Part shown: positions 22,870 to 36,417 of the stretch, one piece after another | Layout of the letters: the number at the start of each line of letters is the position of its first letter | How positions within the stretch are numbered: the stretch's first letter is position 1 | From: Podospora anserina | Lineage: Eukaryota | Assembly: GCA_017654855.1 (NCBI GenBank) | Contig: CM030332.1 | Location: 7,378,001 to 7,442,000, forward strand | Reading direction: 5' to 3' | Length of the DNA: 64,000 nt | Program-made: the position numbers and the translations under genes | Notes under the pieces: generated by a model | What the model saw: the letters and a program-made list of their open reading frames with translations, nothing else | Told to the model about the DNA's origin: nothing | The model's database searches: none

Positions 22870-25800
22870 CTACTCGTCAAGCCTAAACATCTTCCTCAGC
22901 CCCCTAAACCTCTTCTTCTTCTTCGGCGTGCCCCCATCCGCGGTACCAGTGACGCTACTCCCGTCCACGCTCGGAGCACCCGTCGAAAAAGCCGTCCGCT
23001 GCTGCAACTGATGCTGCACCAGACCCGTCCCGAGATTTCCACCCCCGATTCCACCAGACAACGTCCGAGTGCCCAGATTCCCACTTGTAGAAGGTCTCTT
23101 TGGCTCGTCATCATCCTGCGGCATCTGCATCCTGGGCGGCGGAGGCTGCTGCTGACTCTGACTGTGACTGTGTCCGAAGATCCCCATCCTCTTTTGAAGT
23201 TTGGGGCTTCTTTGCGGTGGCGGGGTCTGAACTACCGCTGGTTCAGGCTCCGGCTCGCCCTCGGCAGCGGGTGGCTCCTCCACTGTGGGTGAGACATCCT
23301 GCTCTCTGGCAGCCTTGAGCTGGCTGGCGTTGCGCTCGAGTTTGGTGTCCCTTCTCGCCGGGCTGTCCATGCTGCTGCGGGCGATCCCCCCAGAGGAGGA
23401 ATCATGCTTCTTGCGGCGGAGGACAGACATCAGACTGCTGCGACGAGTCGCGGCACGTTTGCCATCGGCGGGTGGGGCGGCCCCTGAGACAAGAGAGGCT
23501 GTCCCAGCTCCCAGTGCAGGGGCGGTCTGAGAAGTGCGAAGGATGCTACCCTTGCCAGAGCGGACACGGCGGAGAGAGGTGTCCACCGTCAAGGGAGGCT
23601 GGCCAGCCGGGCTCGAGACCGCTGGTTTGGTTGTCCCATTCGTCTTGACAGCCGGTGTCTCCTCTGACTCCTCGAGCTCCTCCAACAAGGCCGTGCTGGC
23701 AACAGAACCACGGCCAACACCTACCCCGTTAGGGGCCGACTTAGACTTTGGCAATGGGGGGAGCGGCGCCGGGGCGATATCATCTTCATCGCTAGAATCT
23801 TCAAACCGACTTTGGAAGCCACTGGCCCCTCCGTCCTCATCACTCGAGTCGGCGAAGCGACTGGAAAACTTGTTCCCCGACTTATTCTTTGTAACTTTGG
23901 CACCACTCTTCTTCCCAAAACTTGGCATATGCATCCCGCTCGGACTCCTTCTTCCCTCAGTAGACGAGTCGCGTAATGTTCTACGCATCTGAGTGCTCGG
24001 AGCTGGAACTTCCACACTTTGTTTGGAGGACACAGATGTCATCGAAAACCTCTTCGACGGCAGGTCAGTAGGTGGCGAAGTCGCTCTCATGGTCATGCGG
24101 AAACCGGTGGCTGACCCGCTTCTCGGCCTCGACCTCTTGAAGCTGCTTTCACTACCACTAGAGTCGCGGCGTTTCAATGTTGTCGGGACAGCCGTGACAG
24201 GGGGGCTTGCCGCTGCCCGTCGCTGGCTCTCAGTAGATGCAGAGCTTGCCGCAGCAGCAGCACTCGGTGCTGGGTGCCTAGCTGGACTCATGTCCGCGGG
24301 TCTGGTGTCAGACCTCCTGGTGTCGGCACTGCTTGATCGCAGTGATTTGCGCAGACGGGGACCTTGGGTAGGAGCAGACTGTTGCTGAGGTTCGCTGCGC
24401 AGAGTCTTCCTCATGGTTGTCGGGATGGCAACTTCCTCTTCGGTCCACTTCGTCCCAGGCTTGATCATATAACTGCGCTCGGGATTCGCCACAGCTTTCT
24501 CCTGCTCTCTTTGGTGCTGGACTGCCATCTGCTGTGCCATGTGCAAGGCCAACGCCTTGCGCTCCGAACTCCTTCTCTCAATCGATTTCTTCTTTTTTGG
24601 CTTCGGTTCAGATTGCACCTGATCCAGATCGGCCTCGACCCCGGCCTCTTCTCGTGCCTCCTTTTCCAGCTGTGCTCGCTTCTCCGCACTGAGACTTCGC
24701 CAGTATGCTTTCACCTTTTCCCACTCATCCTGCGGGCTCTCTGTGGGTGGACTCGCAGGCGGACTTGCGTGTGGGGTCTCAACGGCAGTCGTGGCTGTCG
24801 ATATCTCGGTCTGGAGTTTGGGCGTTGCCTCGACGGGCTTTTCGGTAGCATGTAGCTCTTTCGGAGGCTGGCGAGAGCTGGGATCCGGTCGGAGTGGGCT
24901 TTCCACCACGGCATCGAGCGACAAGAAGCCGCTGCCCTCAATATCGGAAAGGTCCTCACACGCATCGCTATAGATGCTGCTTTCGGAATCAGTAGTATCG
25001 TGAACAGCTGAAGAGATGGTTTGCGTCGAAGGCTGAACTGCCGGCCGACTTTCCGGGACCTCGACCATGGCGGGCTCAGGCCGCTGAGGAACGGACTGAT
25101 CGGACTCATCCTCCGGGAAGCCTCCCGGCACGTCGAAGAACTCTTCCTTGAGTGACTTATCTTCAGCCATCGCAGGTGGTGTCGGCTGAATGACAGCTAT
25201 ATGTGGAACTTCTTGCTTCGGTGCTGAATTGACCGAGGCCTGCCGAACAGCAGTAGGGATGCTTTGTGGGCTGGCTGAGCCGTTCGACAGTTCAAATTGA
25301 GTCTGAAGTGGCTGCCGAGGGGCAAAGTCACGGCTGGAGACCTCGGCCGGCTCGTGTTCCGACTGAGTGGTAGCCAGAGAGCTGTCGCTGTCCGTGTCGC
25401 TGATGTACCCACTGCCCTCGACGCTAGTAACAACAGGAGGCAGAGGTTCCCTGAGCCTCGAGGTATTTGCAGCATGTGTACGGCCCTCGTCACATTCTTG
25501 GGAAAAGATTCCACCCAGCGCGTGGTCATTGCTGGAGCCCAGTGATGGACTGGGAAGAAGTCCTGTCGCTGAAGGTCCCGTAGAAGCATGTGTTGTCTCC
25601 GCGTTCGGCCGAACAAGCGGTCGTTCCGCATCCTCCTCCGGTTGTGCATCTCGGGGCTTCCTTTCTCGAATGCTTCCAAAGCTCGGCAACGCAGGCCGGG
25701 GCTTCATGATCTCATCATCATCCAAAGATGGGATGTCTTTCTTGACAAGGCCGAAGTATCGCTGACGGCCGGCCTCTGGAGGGCTGGCGGAGAGCGGTGA

Positions 25801-27946
25801 CGTGGCGCGGTTGTCCGGCGAAGTGCTCACAACATCTTTAGCATCGTCAAAACTGACACGCACGGACTTCTTGCGCCCAACAGGTGGCTCATGATTGCCA
25901 CTTACAGATGCCTCGGACGACGAAGGCGACGCGCCTCTCGAGGGGCTCGAGTGCTTAAGGGCCGATTTGCGCGGCGAGATCGACCGAGGAGGAGGCGAGT
26001 GCTTAACTGTCAAGTTTTCCTGGACCGGCCCAAAGTGTGCTTGTCGAACAGGGCTATTAGAGTGACTGCGTTCATGTGCGACTTGAGCCCGTCTCGTGTC
26101 AACTGGCGAACGACCACCTCGTACGGGGCTTGGACTGGCTGGCTTCGATATTTCGACAGAGGGGACCTCGAGCTCAGTATTTGGGTACGTCTTTTGCCTT
26201 GTTGGGACTGCATCCAACACTTGTGTGAAAGGTGATCCCCTCGGTTCCGGTGTGGAACCCGCTTTTTGCCGTGTTGGAACAGAATCTAGGGCCTGTGTCA
26301 AAGAGCTTGTTGGGATGTGGTTTGGCTTTGGCTCCTCGGGCTCCGCTTCCTCCCTAACGACCGAAGGCTGTCTCCTGACCCCTTGCCAAGTCGCCTCCTT
26401 GCTGACCTGAGGGCTGGATGGGGTCATTGGTGGAGGGCCATGTTGCTCAAGCCTCTTCGCATCCAATCTTGGTGAGCTGATGATGGCTTTGACCGATGGT
26501 TCCTCGAGATCTTGCACGTATACTGGCGGCTGGGGCACATGGGTGCGCTCCTGGACGGGGGCCGGCGTGATCTGTGATTGGTTCTTGGTCGCTGGAGAAT
26601 TGTCGACCGCTGTGCCTTTCGGACGGCTCACTGTCCCTGCGGCGAGATGTGATCCAGCTTTTTGCGATGTCCTCTTTTTCCTTTTCGAGTCGGTGCGTTG
26701 TTGGGGGGCTTCATGATGTGCCGGATGTAGCTCTGATCGTGGGACCATGCGTCTCGAGTTGGGGTCATATACCAAAATTTCGTCGGGGGCGGGATTCGAG
26801 GTAGACCGAGTTCTTGGACTCGCCACCAGTGCTTGACGGGCCGGTTGCTCTCTGGTTCGCGACATCTGCGCAGGCAACCCGGCCTCCACAGGAGATGCCG
26901 GAAGGCTGAAACGAGCCGAACTACCGACAGAAGCAGGCGCTTCTGTGGGGGACACTGGGGGAGAGCCAACTCTCGTTCGCGTTGGGTAGGAGAAGTTTAT
27001 CGACGACGCCTGACTATCAGGCCTTGCAATCTCAGACACCATCTCTTGCTCTTGTCGTGGGATCTGTGGTGGGCTTGATGGAGGGCTGGCCATAGCAGGA
27101 TCCGTCCTACGGATATTGGAAGGGTCGCCGACCTTGGCCGCCCCAAACCAAGACGGCGCATCTTCTGAACCAAGTCTCTGAGACGCAAGTCGTACAGGGG
27201 TGGTCCCCATTCCTAGGCTTTTGGATTTGCGATGCTGGGTTTGTGGTGACGCGCCGATATCTTTTGGGAGGGCTGGGACGGGAGGGGCGTCGTGACTGAG
27301 CGATTGCGTCTGTCGATGTCCTCCGCTACCACCGGGTCGATGTGGACTTGGACTTCGAAACGTTCGCTCGGTCATGGACCCGCTGCTTCCGCGCCGTTGC
27401 AGGTTCGGTCTGCCTTTTGTTATTGGTGATTCCGTTCGCGACGATGAGGCGACCGATGCGCTGCGGCGTAGGGTTCGTTTTGTTTGCACGTCGGCCACTC
27501 GTGTTGGCGTCATGGGTCGCGCGCGAAGAGCAGCGGCGGCAGCGGCAGCTGATAATGTAGAGTTGGACTCATGGCGTTTGAAGACGGCAGCAGCAGCCGT
27601 GGCAGCATTTGGATCAACAGTCGCCGCTGTCAAGGGCTGCACGATGAAGGGCATATCAGCTTGGGATTCTTGGTCGTCGCGATATCACCGCGCCAGCTTC
27701 GATCAAATTTCTTGGCAGGAACCACTAGGTGCCCACAACAGGTATTTTCTGAACAATAAAGCAATCTCAATGGCTTCATGATGCTTCGCAAAGCTCGAGC
27801 CATGTAGGAGACTCCATGCCAGTCGACTCTGTCGCTGTGGCGGCATTGCATCCGGGGACAGGTGCGTCAAAGCAGCGCGGTAGGGACAAAGTACAATGAC
27901 GACATACCGGATTGGGCGGCCGAGGATGCCTTCGGGAGCCAAACAT
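22870..27946 (-). CDS. Large disordered protein, Seg1/Sle1-like eisosome scaffold candidate (~1600 aa)
   Basis: Micro-exon 27946-27908 (MFGSRRHPRPPNP), intron 27907-27637 (GTATGT..GCTGAT..CAG), then exon 27636-22870. N-terminal DPNAATAAAAVF, a charged helical segment (EWEKVKAYWRSLSAEKRAQLEKEA) and a polybasic amphipathic C-terminus KKKKRFRGLRKMFRLDE. The gene is secure; the family assignment is tentative. Confidence 0.75.
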
Positions 27947-29482
27947 CCTTGCAGATATTAGGCCTGCCCGGGCTTGTGAGGCTACCTTGATGAGACGGTC
28001 ATAGGCTTATCGCTGGGTTCGATGGAGGCGGCAGAGAGGGGGAGAGAGAGAGAGAGAGAGACAAACTCGCGCGTGTTGGTGTTTGCGACAAGGTGGGATT
28101 GCGTGAGAACTAAGGAAGAGATCCCAAGACGGGACGGGATTTTTGATGACGGGAAGGCGCAGCTCCCCCCAAGCTGTTTTAGGTGTCGTATGGTCCATGT
28201 AAGCCCCGTCATCTTGGTCGGCAGCAAAGCCGGGGGGGGGTGTGGTTTGCGCTAACTCATCTTGTAAATCAGAGCTCTCCACGCCATCCCGATTCGCGAG
28301 CAATTGGTCCAGCCTCGAGTGGACACCCACCCTCAACCCTACTGGGGCATCTGCCTCCTGTTGGTTATGCGACATCAACCAGGGCTGCAGTTGCTCAAAA
28401 GAGTGGAAACACGACATCAGTTGAACTGTGGTTGAGACACCACGTCTTGGTTGGTGACCTACTGGTGAGCGGTCAACCCATTCCTTCTTGTCAGGCCCAG
28501 TCCCGTCAGCTAACTAGGTGTGGGTTCGCATTTGCTGTGTCTCCTCTACATATACATGACTCTACACTCTGGAAGTCCCAGGTTATGGTCATCTTCAATC
28601 GATGATAGAGTCAGTGTCGGACTCACTCGGAAACAAAAGATAGCACCCATATACCTCTTCCTTAACAGGTGTACCTTGACGTGGTCACTCACAGATCAGC
28701 GCCTCCTACGTACCACCGCAGCCGGCGCACGAACTCAGCGGCTTCTCCGCCTCCGTTTTACTTCCACTCATGCCCATGTGCAAAACGGCCCTTCCATCTC
28801 ACTGAGGTTGCACTTGGGTAGGTACCTTCTCAAGGCATTCAGACGGATATTTGGCGCTACTGGCGCATCAGATTCCAAGTGCCGATTTGATGCGACTATC
28901 TCCACGTTTTCCACACATGCTTCTAGAAGCCAATGGCCTCTGACCACCAGAGAGGCCCCTGGTCTCAGACCGTCACATGGAATAGCTGTCTCGTAACATC
29001 TCGTCCAATCTTCAATCGCATCCAAGTTCTCAGCTCTCATCGACTTATTACATCATGACGCATCAAGAAGTCTGTATTACCGCCAATCTATCTATTTCTC
29101 CCCCCAGTAAAACAATACTAATACAACCAACATGAGAGTCAAGACTAAAACAGGTGATCCGGTTCTTAAACAAGGGGGTTAGAGCAATAGAAGGCCTGTT
29201 TTGGTGTGTTGCTTCGTACATGCTGTACAGTAAGAGGGGAGCGTGGTGGGGGGAAAAGCAGTGGTGCAGTGCGGTGCAGTACATCAGTCTAACATGACGC
29301 TATTGTGGTGGAAAAGGATGCCCCCTCCGGTCCATCCGCCCGCCAACCCTATACCTCATGGCTCAGAATGACCAACTAACAATATTATGCGCGCAGACCG
29401 TATGCGCAACTTGAAAACGTTTATCCATGCTGCCGTGAGAAATGAGAGGGTTGCCGGTAAAAGTTGGGGGAGGGGGCCGGGG

Positions 29483-31133
29483 TTATGTGCCCGGTATGTC
29501 ATGGTTGCCGCCAGGCCGGATCGGGAACTGCTGACGGCGGCCAGGCACCTCGGCGGGACAGTCGGGATACCCAGCATCTTCGCCCTCACACTCCTTATCC
29601 TCGCACTCTTCGTCGTCGTTATAGTTCTCCTCGCTCTGCGTGCCCTGACTGTCGGATGCCCCTTGGCTGTCAACGGCCGCAGGCTCTTGTACAGCATTAT
29701 TGTTCTTGTTGTGAAGCTTGCTGTTCTTCTTTCCCTTGTGCTTGCCCTTCTTCATCCTCTCCCATTGAGCTCGACGTCGCTGCTCCAGCTGCCGCTGCTT
29801 GCGGTCCTTGATCTCATACTGACGGATGAGAGCCTCGGGCGGATGTCCAAAGATGTCCTCATACTCGCAGAAGTGGCAGATCCAAATATCCTCGGGTTTG
29901 GGGGGATGCCGTCTGTTCTCTTCTTGCTTTTCCTGACGGCGTGCTCTGGCAGCGGCCAGGTACTCGGTGGCAGCGTTGCGGCGAGCGGGCTTGGGATTGG
30001 CAACCGGTCGTGCATGGGTGTTGCCTGCTGACTTGGCAGCCGTGTCTTTTGGTAAAACATGCGCAGGCTGGGGCAGGGTTGATGGAGCGTAGGCGGTTTG
30101 AGACACCTGGGTGCCACGGACGCCGTTCACCAGAGGTGGACGAATGTTCATAGACTGTTGTGGCATCACTCGGCCGGGCCAAGCCGTTACTGCCGAACCA
30201 CAAGTGAATGTGAACTGGCTGGTTGCTGGAGTCCGTTTCGTATTCAGTTGCTGGTTCAGAAGACTGATGTTTTCTCGGCCTTGATGAGGGGGCAGTTTCT
30301 CAGCATTGGCAATGGCACTGGAAATGATGCCAGTGTTTTCGGCTGAGATGAAGGTCAACGTTTATGCCCTGTCAAAGAATAGCAAAGAGTTGTAAAGACT
30401 TACTTGGTGGCTTGCCACCCCATTGCACCGGACGTGCCTTGACTCTCCCGACCCAACTGTTACTCGTATCCGGCAGTGGCCGGAGCGGACTCCGCCCGCT
30501 TCTCGGACGTCCATACCGGCCACGACCTGGCCCCGCCACGTTGTACATATTGCACATGCCGTACGTTCCTCGGAATCCAGGTCCATAATAGGTTGTACAC
30601 CCAGGCGGTTCTTCGTCATGGGCGTCCAAAGGCTGCACAGCAAGTGAACCAGAGCTTGGAAGCGACTCGCTGCTGTGATGTGCTCCATTCGAAAGCATCT
30701 CGGCAGCTGATGGAATCTTGCGCTTTTTCTTGTTGTTGGTGTGCTCAAAGGTGTCGTATCCATCGGCTGAAGATGACGCTGAATTCGGAGGGTATGGTAT
30801 TCCGTGCCTGCTGAACTCGGTCTTGACCACGGGGCGTGAGAGACGGCTTGTGGAGTCGAGAGGCACTCGGTTTGCCCGCCTGATCGAAGCATCATCTGCT
30901 CCGGTTCCAGCTCGTGACTGTTGGCCAGGCTCGCCGGTGAGCCCGGACAACTGAGACGCTTGAGCATCTACCGGTGGGCAGGGGTATGAGAAGAGCGGGT
31001 GAACGGTCTGCGGGACTCGAGGATACTGGATCGAGCTGGCGACTTCGGCCGAGAGGCGTTCCCGCAACGGTCTCTTCGGCAAGGGCCGTATCGGTCGACC
31101 GGGAAACAGCGTAGACACCGTGTCGGCAGACAT
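29483..31133 (-). CDS. Hypothetical protein (probably conserved in fungi) with C-terminal WICHFCEYE motif
   Basis: Exons 31133-30404 and 30342-29483 (intron GTAAGT..CAG) join in frame. Motifs LFPGRPIRPLPKRPLRERLS, NNKKKRKIP (NLS-like), GIISSAIANA, QFTFTC and PEDIWICHFCEYEDIFGHPPEALIRQYEIKDRK. A branch/acceptor site (GCTAAC..TAG) at 31154 implies an unlocated upstream exon. Confidence 0.8.
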
Positions 31134-34100
31134 TTTGGAAGAATGTTCACGTCCTATGGTCGAACGATAAGTCGACAAGGTTAGCTTGAGAATCCACTGG
31201 CCGGCGAGGAAACCGAGCAGAACTGTGAGGAGGGTGATCCAGAAGCCTTGAGAAGCCGGCAGATCAGGAAATTGCCACATGACGGGTGGCGCTTGGTTCA
31301 TGTTTGGGGGAGGAAAGGGTTGCTGACGAGGTGGTGGAAGGGAAGAAGGGCAAGCAGCGACTTTGCAAAAGGCAACGGCACTCCTCTCGCATCCGCAAGT
31401 ATTGCGATTCCCAAAATGCCATGGGTGGTGCTGCCGTGGGATAGGGGTCCAACATGGGAAGGAGCGCATCAACCTACCCGACAAGATTTACATAGTACCC
31501 CAAACCCTCAGAGCCAGTGCCAGTCGATAGCTGAACAACCAGGCCTGACTACCACAACCGGCCGCAGATATACCCCTCCTTGATTCTATCGGTTTGCTTC
31601 GTCTGGAATTGAACAAACTTGATGGTTTATCCTTTCTCGCTTGCTTCGTTCAGTGATGGCTGGCAGCAGCAGGTAGCTAGCAAGAGGCACCACAAGGCAA
31701 GCTCGGCGAGGGGAGTCTCGGTTGGCTCCTTTGAGGTCGTCGACACCGGGGGTCGGCCGTCTGCCCAAATGATGCGTCAGCGCTCTCCACTTTCTTACAA
31801 TCAACTCACCCGCTAGCAGTAGTCCCTCAATGGCATCAACTGCAAGAGTTGTCCAGGTGTCCTGTCCTCTGTCGCTGTCATTCTCGGCTGAGAGCAACCA
31901 TGAGGGGCAACACCACCACCAAGGGCCATTTGAAAGCGAGGGAGCTAGGGAGAAGGGTGCCGAGTCTGGGCTGATCAACTGCCTGGGGCAACCCACCTGC
32001 AAGTCGATAGCAAATTGGAAAACCAGAGGCTCGCAATAACTCGGGAAACCAAAGGATGCTAAGCAGTAATGAAGCTATCAAAGTGGAAGTCGATGGAAAC
32101 GAAGATGTTTTGATGAGTGCTCAGCAGGTGAACGGAGAATGAGCGAGCGAACAGTGTTCAGTGCTGGCAGTCCACGACCTACTCGAGGACAAATTACATA
32201 ATCCGGCCGGACTGCCCACCCCTCCTCCTTATCAACAACATCTTATCGTCCGTTTTAGCGTATCCGACAATATCCCGTGAGCTGCTAGCGCGGGGCTCTG
32301 ACGCACGTCCATCCACACACTGTGTGCCTCCAGGGCTTCGACACCCCTGCTTGGGAATGTTAATTCAACAGTGGCCGTGAATTCTACTGGGAGAGCTAAA
32401 AGGGATTTGATACAGAGAAGCCATGGTCGGATACATATGCAGAGGGACTGGCTGGTGGTTATGGGGGAGGCCTTGGCTAATGTTGTACTCTCACCAGACA
32501 TGGACATTGCACGTGTCGCTGTTCTGTTACGGATCGACAAGCCTGGTATATCATACATACTGGAACACGGTTGAAAGATAGTCAGAACCACTCCGAGGAT
32601 AATTAACAGATCTCCATAGATAGCTAATCAGCTATTAAAGCGGTTATAATGATGGCTTCGAGGCATGCTCATTCACAAAAGGTCTTAGGGGAAAATGTTG
32701 TCATGGGGCAGATGTGATGGTCTGTATAGTCCTTTCTTAGCAGGACAAGGCAGACTATACTTCTATTATGTATGAGAAAAATGCAGCCATGTCCAAGCCC
32801 AAAGAGTTGAGTCAGGTTTGTTTGGACCTGGCTGGATCTCTAGGTATCTATTGACTTTAGCACCACCACATGCCTCTTGGCTTTGGTGAGCCTTAGTCAC
32901 TGATGTCATGTTGGCGCGTTTGTTCCATCCCGCCTGTATGTTGATGCAAGAGCGCCAAAGGTCCACAAAACTTCCGAATTCGGATCGAATCCACTTGACC
33001 AGATTTCGTACCTGCTGCAAAGGTACTCCAGAGAGGGTTGTGAAGAACTCGTGTAGAGGCTTAAGGGGATCAATTTTTGTGGGGGAATTGCTTCTCAGTC
33101 AATGGGAGATTAGCTGCCTTCAATTATCCTGCTCACTATGGTGGCTGGAAACACACGAACAGCAATTGGCATCTTTGGTGCACTTGCAAAGCATGGTACT
33201 CTTGAAAGAAGTGTACGCTGTAGAAAGAATTGGGGCAGAGCTCCCAGGCTGGCCCCGCATGGCCCAAGTGCGGTGCCAAAAATTGCTGGAGAACGCTTCG
33301 GGGAAAATGTGGTGGTGCGCTGCTGGGTCCCCAGAGCGCTTCTGCCAGTCGCTTCCACTCGCTCCAGTCCAGTCTCCCCCATCTGGCCCTCTCCTCCTCC
33401 TCCTCCTCCTACCGCTCTCACCACCGACTTTCTCGCGCTCACCTGTCGCTGGACATCCATCCTGTCTCTGCAGTGGCTGAAGTCATGAGAATCACTTCTT
33501 TTCCAAAGAGACACTGTGGATTCCGCCCATACCTTCGCAGATTAACCTAGCACCACGCTCGCCGCTGCGCCCAGCCATCTCGACGCCCCTAGTTGTCCTC
33601 TCAACCACCGCGTCGCATTTTTCCTCCCCTTGTCGGAACACCCTCATCTCTTCAGCTTCTGCCCAGCTCTTGACAATTGAGCACCAGCAGGACTCTTGGG
33701 GGCACTACATTGTGCTGTCACCCTCTCTCAGAGCTCGCTCTCGGATCTGTCGTCCCTCGGCCCGGCACCAACATCTTCTCTCCAGCAGACCCGACACCCT
33801 TTGCTGGAGAGCACCCTGCCTCGAGAACCGAGTATTCTGTTGAGCCCGACAGATATCTGGGTACATTTCTACACTACTATCCTTCGGCTGCAGTATTTTG
33901 AGTTCTGGTGGCAGAATCACATCACGACAGACTGTGTCGCGCTTCGCCCATTTTTGCACCAACGGTGGTGCGAACATTACCTCGACCTTTCCACCCATCT
34001 TGGCCGAATCGTCCACATAAACCTCGACAAACTCGAACATTCTCGTAATCACCCGATCTCGACGTCTACATAACTATTCGATACGAGACTTGAACTTTCA

Positions 34101-34180
34101 GAAATCCTGTCGGTCAGCCTCGGTCGTCAGATCTCGTGTCGCTAGGGCATCCCCGATTAAGCGCCGCTTTGCCCACACAC

Positions 34181-34216
34181 TCGCGCACCCCTTCGCGCAC
34201 CCCTTCGCGCACCCCT
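34181..34216. repeat. 12-bp tandem repeat (TCGCGCACCCCT) x3 upstream of CTI6
   Basis: Three near-perfect copies are visible. Confidence 0.85.
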
Positions 34217-34297
34217 TACACCTGCGTACAGGCCTGCACCTCCATTACACTCTCGCATTTTTACTGCCCCTCTCGGAGCGGCTTCACGTGGCAAGCA

Positions 34298-36417
34298 ATG
34301 GCAGGACTCGATCCCAGACGGTCTTCGAGGGCGCGCGCTACCCAGTCACAGTCACAAGTATCCTCATCGAGCTCCAGTGCCTCGGGGCGGCCGGAACGCA
34401 GCTCGAGGCACTTCAACAAAGCTGGCTCTCCACAAAAATCGGCATCCGCTGGCTCGCTGTCCTCCGAACCACCGGAAGATACAATCACTGCCGACGATAC
34501 ATTCGCCACACGCCGTCGAACCCGTGGACAGGGTGACGATCGGGACAGAGCTGGCGTCAAGGCCGAAGCGGCCGACATGACCAGCGCCGACGATGATATT
34601 CAAGAAGAGGACGAGGCCGTTCGCTGCGTGTGCGGCAATGAGGAGTACCCAGGGCCACCACCCCTGGAAGATGAACCTAGACATGGGGCCAAGGGGGCTG
34701 TGGACATTGACCCAATATTCTTAGCTTCTGTCACGGATGATGTCGCCGGGTTTTTCGTGCAGTGTGATGTTTGCAAAGTTTGGCAGCACGGTGGCTGCGT
34801 TGGAATCATGACCAATCCCGGTCCCGATGAGTACTTTTGCGAGCTCTGTCGCCGTGATCTTCACAAATTGTGGACAGCTTCCAACGGGTAAGTATGAATC
34901 TTTTCCATACCGTTCTGTGATCGCGCTGGGACGCTGGGCTCAGCTGTGCTCAACAGCTGAACGCAGACCCGAGATCATGTTTCACCAGCTTGCACCATCC
35001 CCGGGCGTTGGGAGGTCACAGACCATCAATCAATCAAGTTGCTGACATCGTGGCTCGCAGGAATACCTACTCTTTCTATCTTCCCTTGCGCCGACAGTCG
35101 AGGACCTCGTCGAGATCTGCGTCTCTGAACAAAGAAGGCACACGATCGCCCACCAAAGAGAAGGAAGCGCGAAGCGGACGAGCCACCTCGGCGAACCAAG
35201 CTTCGAAACGGCGGTCGACTATGAACAGCCGCGAGGCTGCTTATGACGAAGCGGAAGCTCTGAGAAGGGCCATTGAGGCCAGCAAAGAGGAAGCTCATCT
35301 CGAGCCCGAGGGCGTTCCTAGGCGGCCTAAGAGGGGGCGAAGCGACAGCGAGGAGTAAGTGCCGTTGGCTGCGGTCAGTAGCGTTGCTAACTTTGATCAA
35401 AGGAAGCAGGAGGGTGCCAAAAGGCAACGCACCAGCTCTCGATCAGTGTCTCCATCCGTCGACAAGACGGCCGACGAATCGGACGATCCCAAAGGTCCTA
35501 GTCGAAACGGGAACAAGTCAAAGCCGCGCGGCGGCGCACGCAATAACCGGAACGAGAAGCTTTCCGAAAAGGAGGAAAAAGAAAGACAACGGCAAGAGGC
35601 CGCGAACAAGAGAAAGGGGAGGGCCGAACGTCGGCGAGCTGATGGTACGGCGTCCACGAGTTTGGTGAAGGTGTCCGAGGCTCACACGGATGCAGATTCA
35701 GATCCTTCAGAAGAGCTGCCGTCGGCAGCTCGGGCCGTAGTCAGCAAGGCGGTAGCACCAGTCACCGGAGACACGAGCACAAGCGAGACGGCCGCAGAGA
35801 CTGTTCAGCAGCCCTCCGCCCCAGAACAGCAGCAGCCTCCTCCAGCATCGCAACCGACCCCTGACTCGCCGCCCACGCCTGCCATATCACAGGCCAAGAC
35901 GGACAAGAAAAAGTCGCACAAACGAAAAGGGCGCAACCAGTACACGCGCGATGACGAAGCCTCGCCGGCACGGTCGGTTTCCCGAGATATCCAGAAAGAC
36001 GAGCATCCCCCGGCAGGAAAGGGGCACCACCACGGAGACGGCGTCGGAAAGGCGGCACACTCTCGATCGCGAGGTGGGATGAACAGCAAAGTCACGATGA
36101 ATGACATGAAGAGGAGGGCAGCGGCTTTGCTGGAATTTATCTCCAGAACACAGGTGGAGCTTGCTGGAGAGACGGCAGAAGACGCAGCGAGGAATGACGT
36201 GGCAAAGGCGGCTATTGTCAATCCCACTAGCGCACCTGCGGTAACGAATGGCACCAACGGTATCACCACCGATGATTCGACCCAGAACACATCGACAACA
36301 GGGCCGACTTCGGCACTGGAGAGTCAAGAAAGGGAGTTCAAAGAGCTTGGATGTGTTGAAATGATGGACAGCCTGACGAGGCGGTTGGTCAAATGGCAGC
36401 AAGAATATGCTGTATAG
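34298..36417 (+). CDS. CTI6: PHD-finger protein Cti6 (Rpd3L histone deacetylase complex subunit)
   Basis: Exons 34298-34887, 35061-35354, 35403-35644, 35696-36417. PHD finger VRCVCG...FFVQCDVCKVWQHGGCVGI...YFCELC; RRSTMNSREAAYDE; C-terminal MNDMKRRAAALLEFISRTQVELA...MMDSLTRRLVKWQQEY. Confidence 0.88.
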
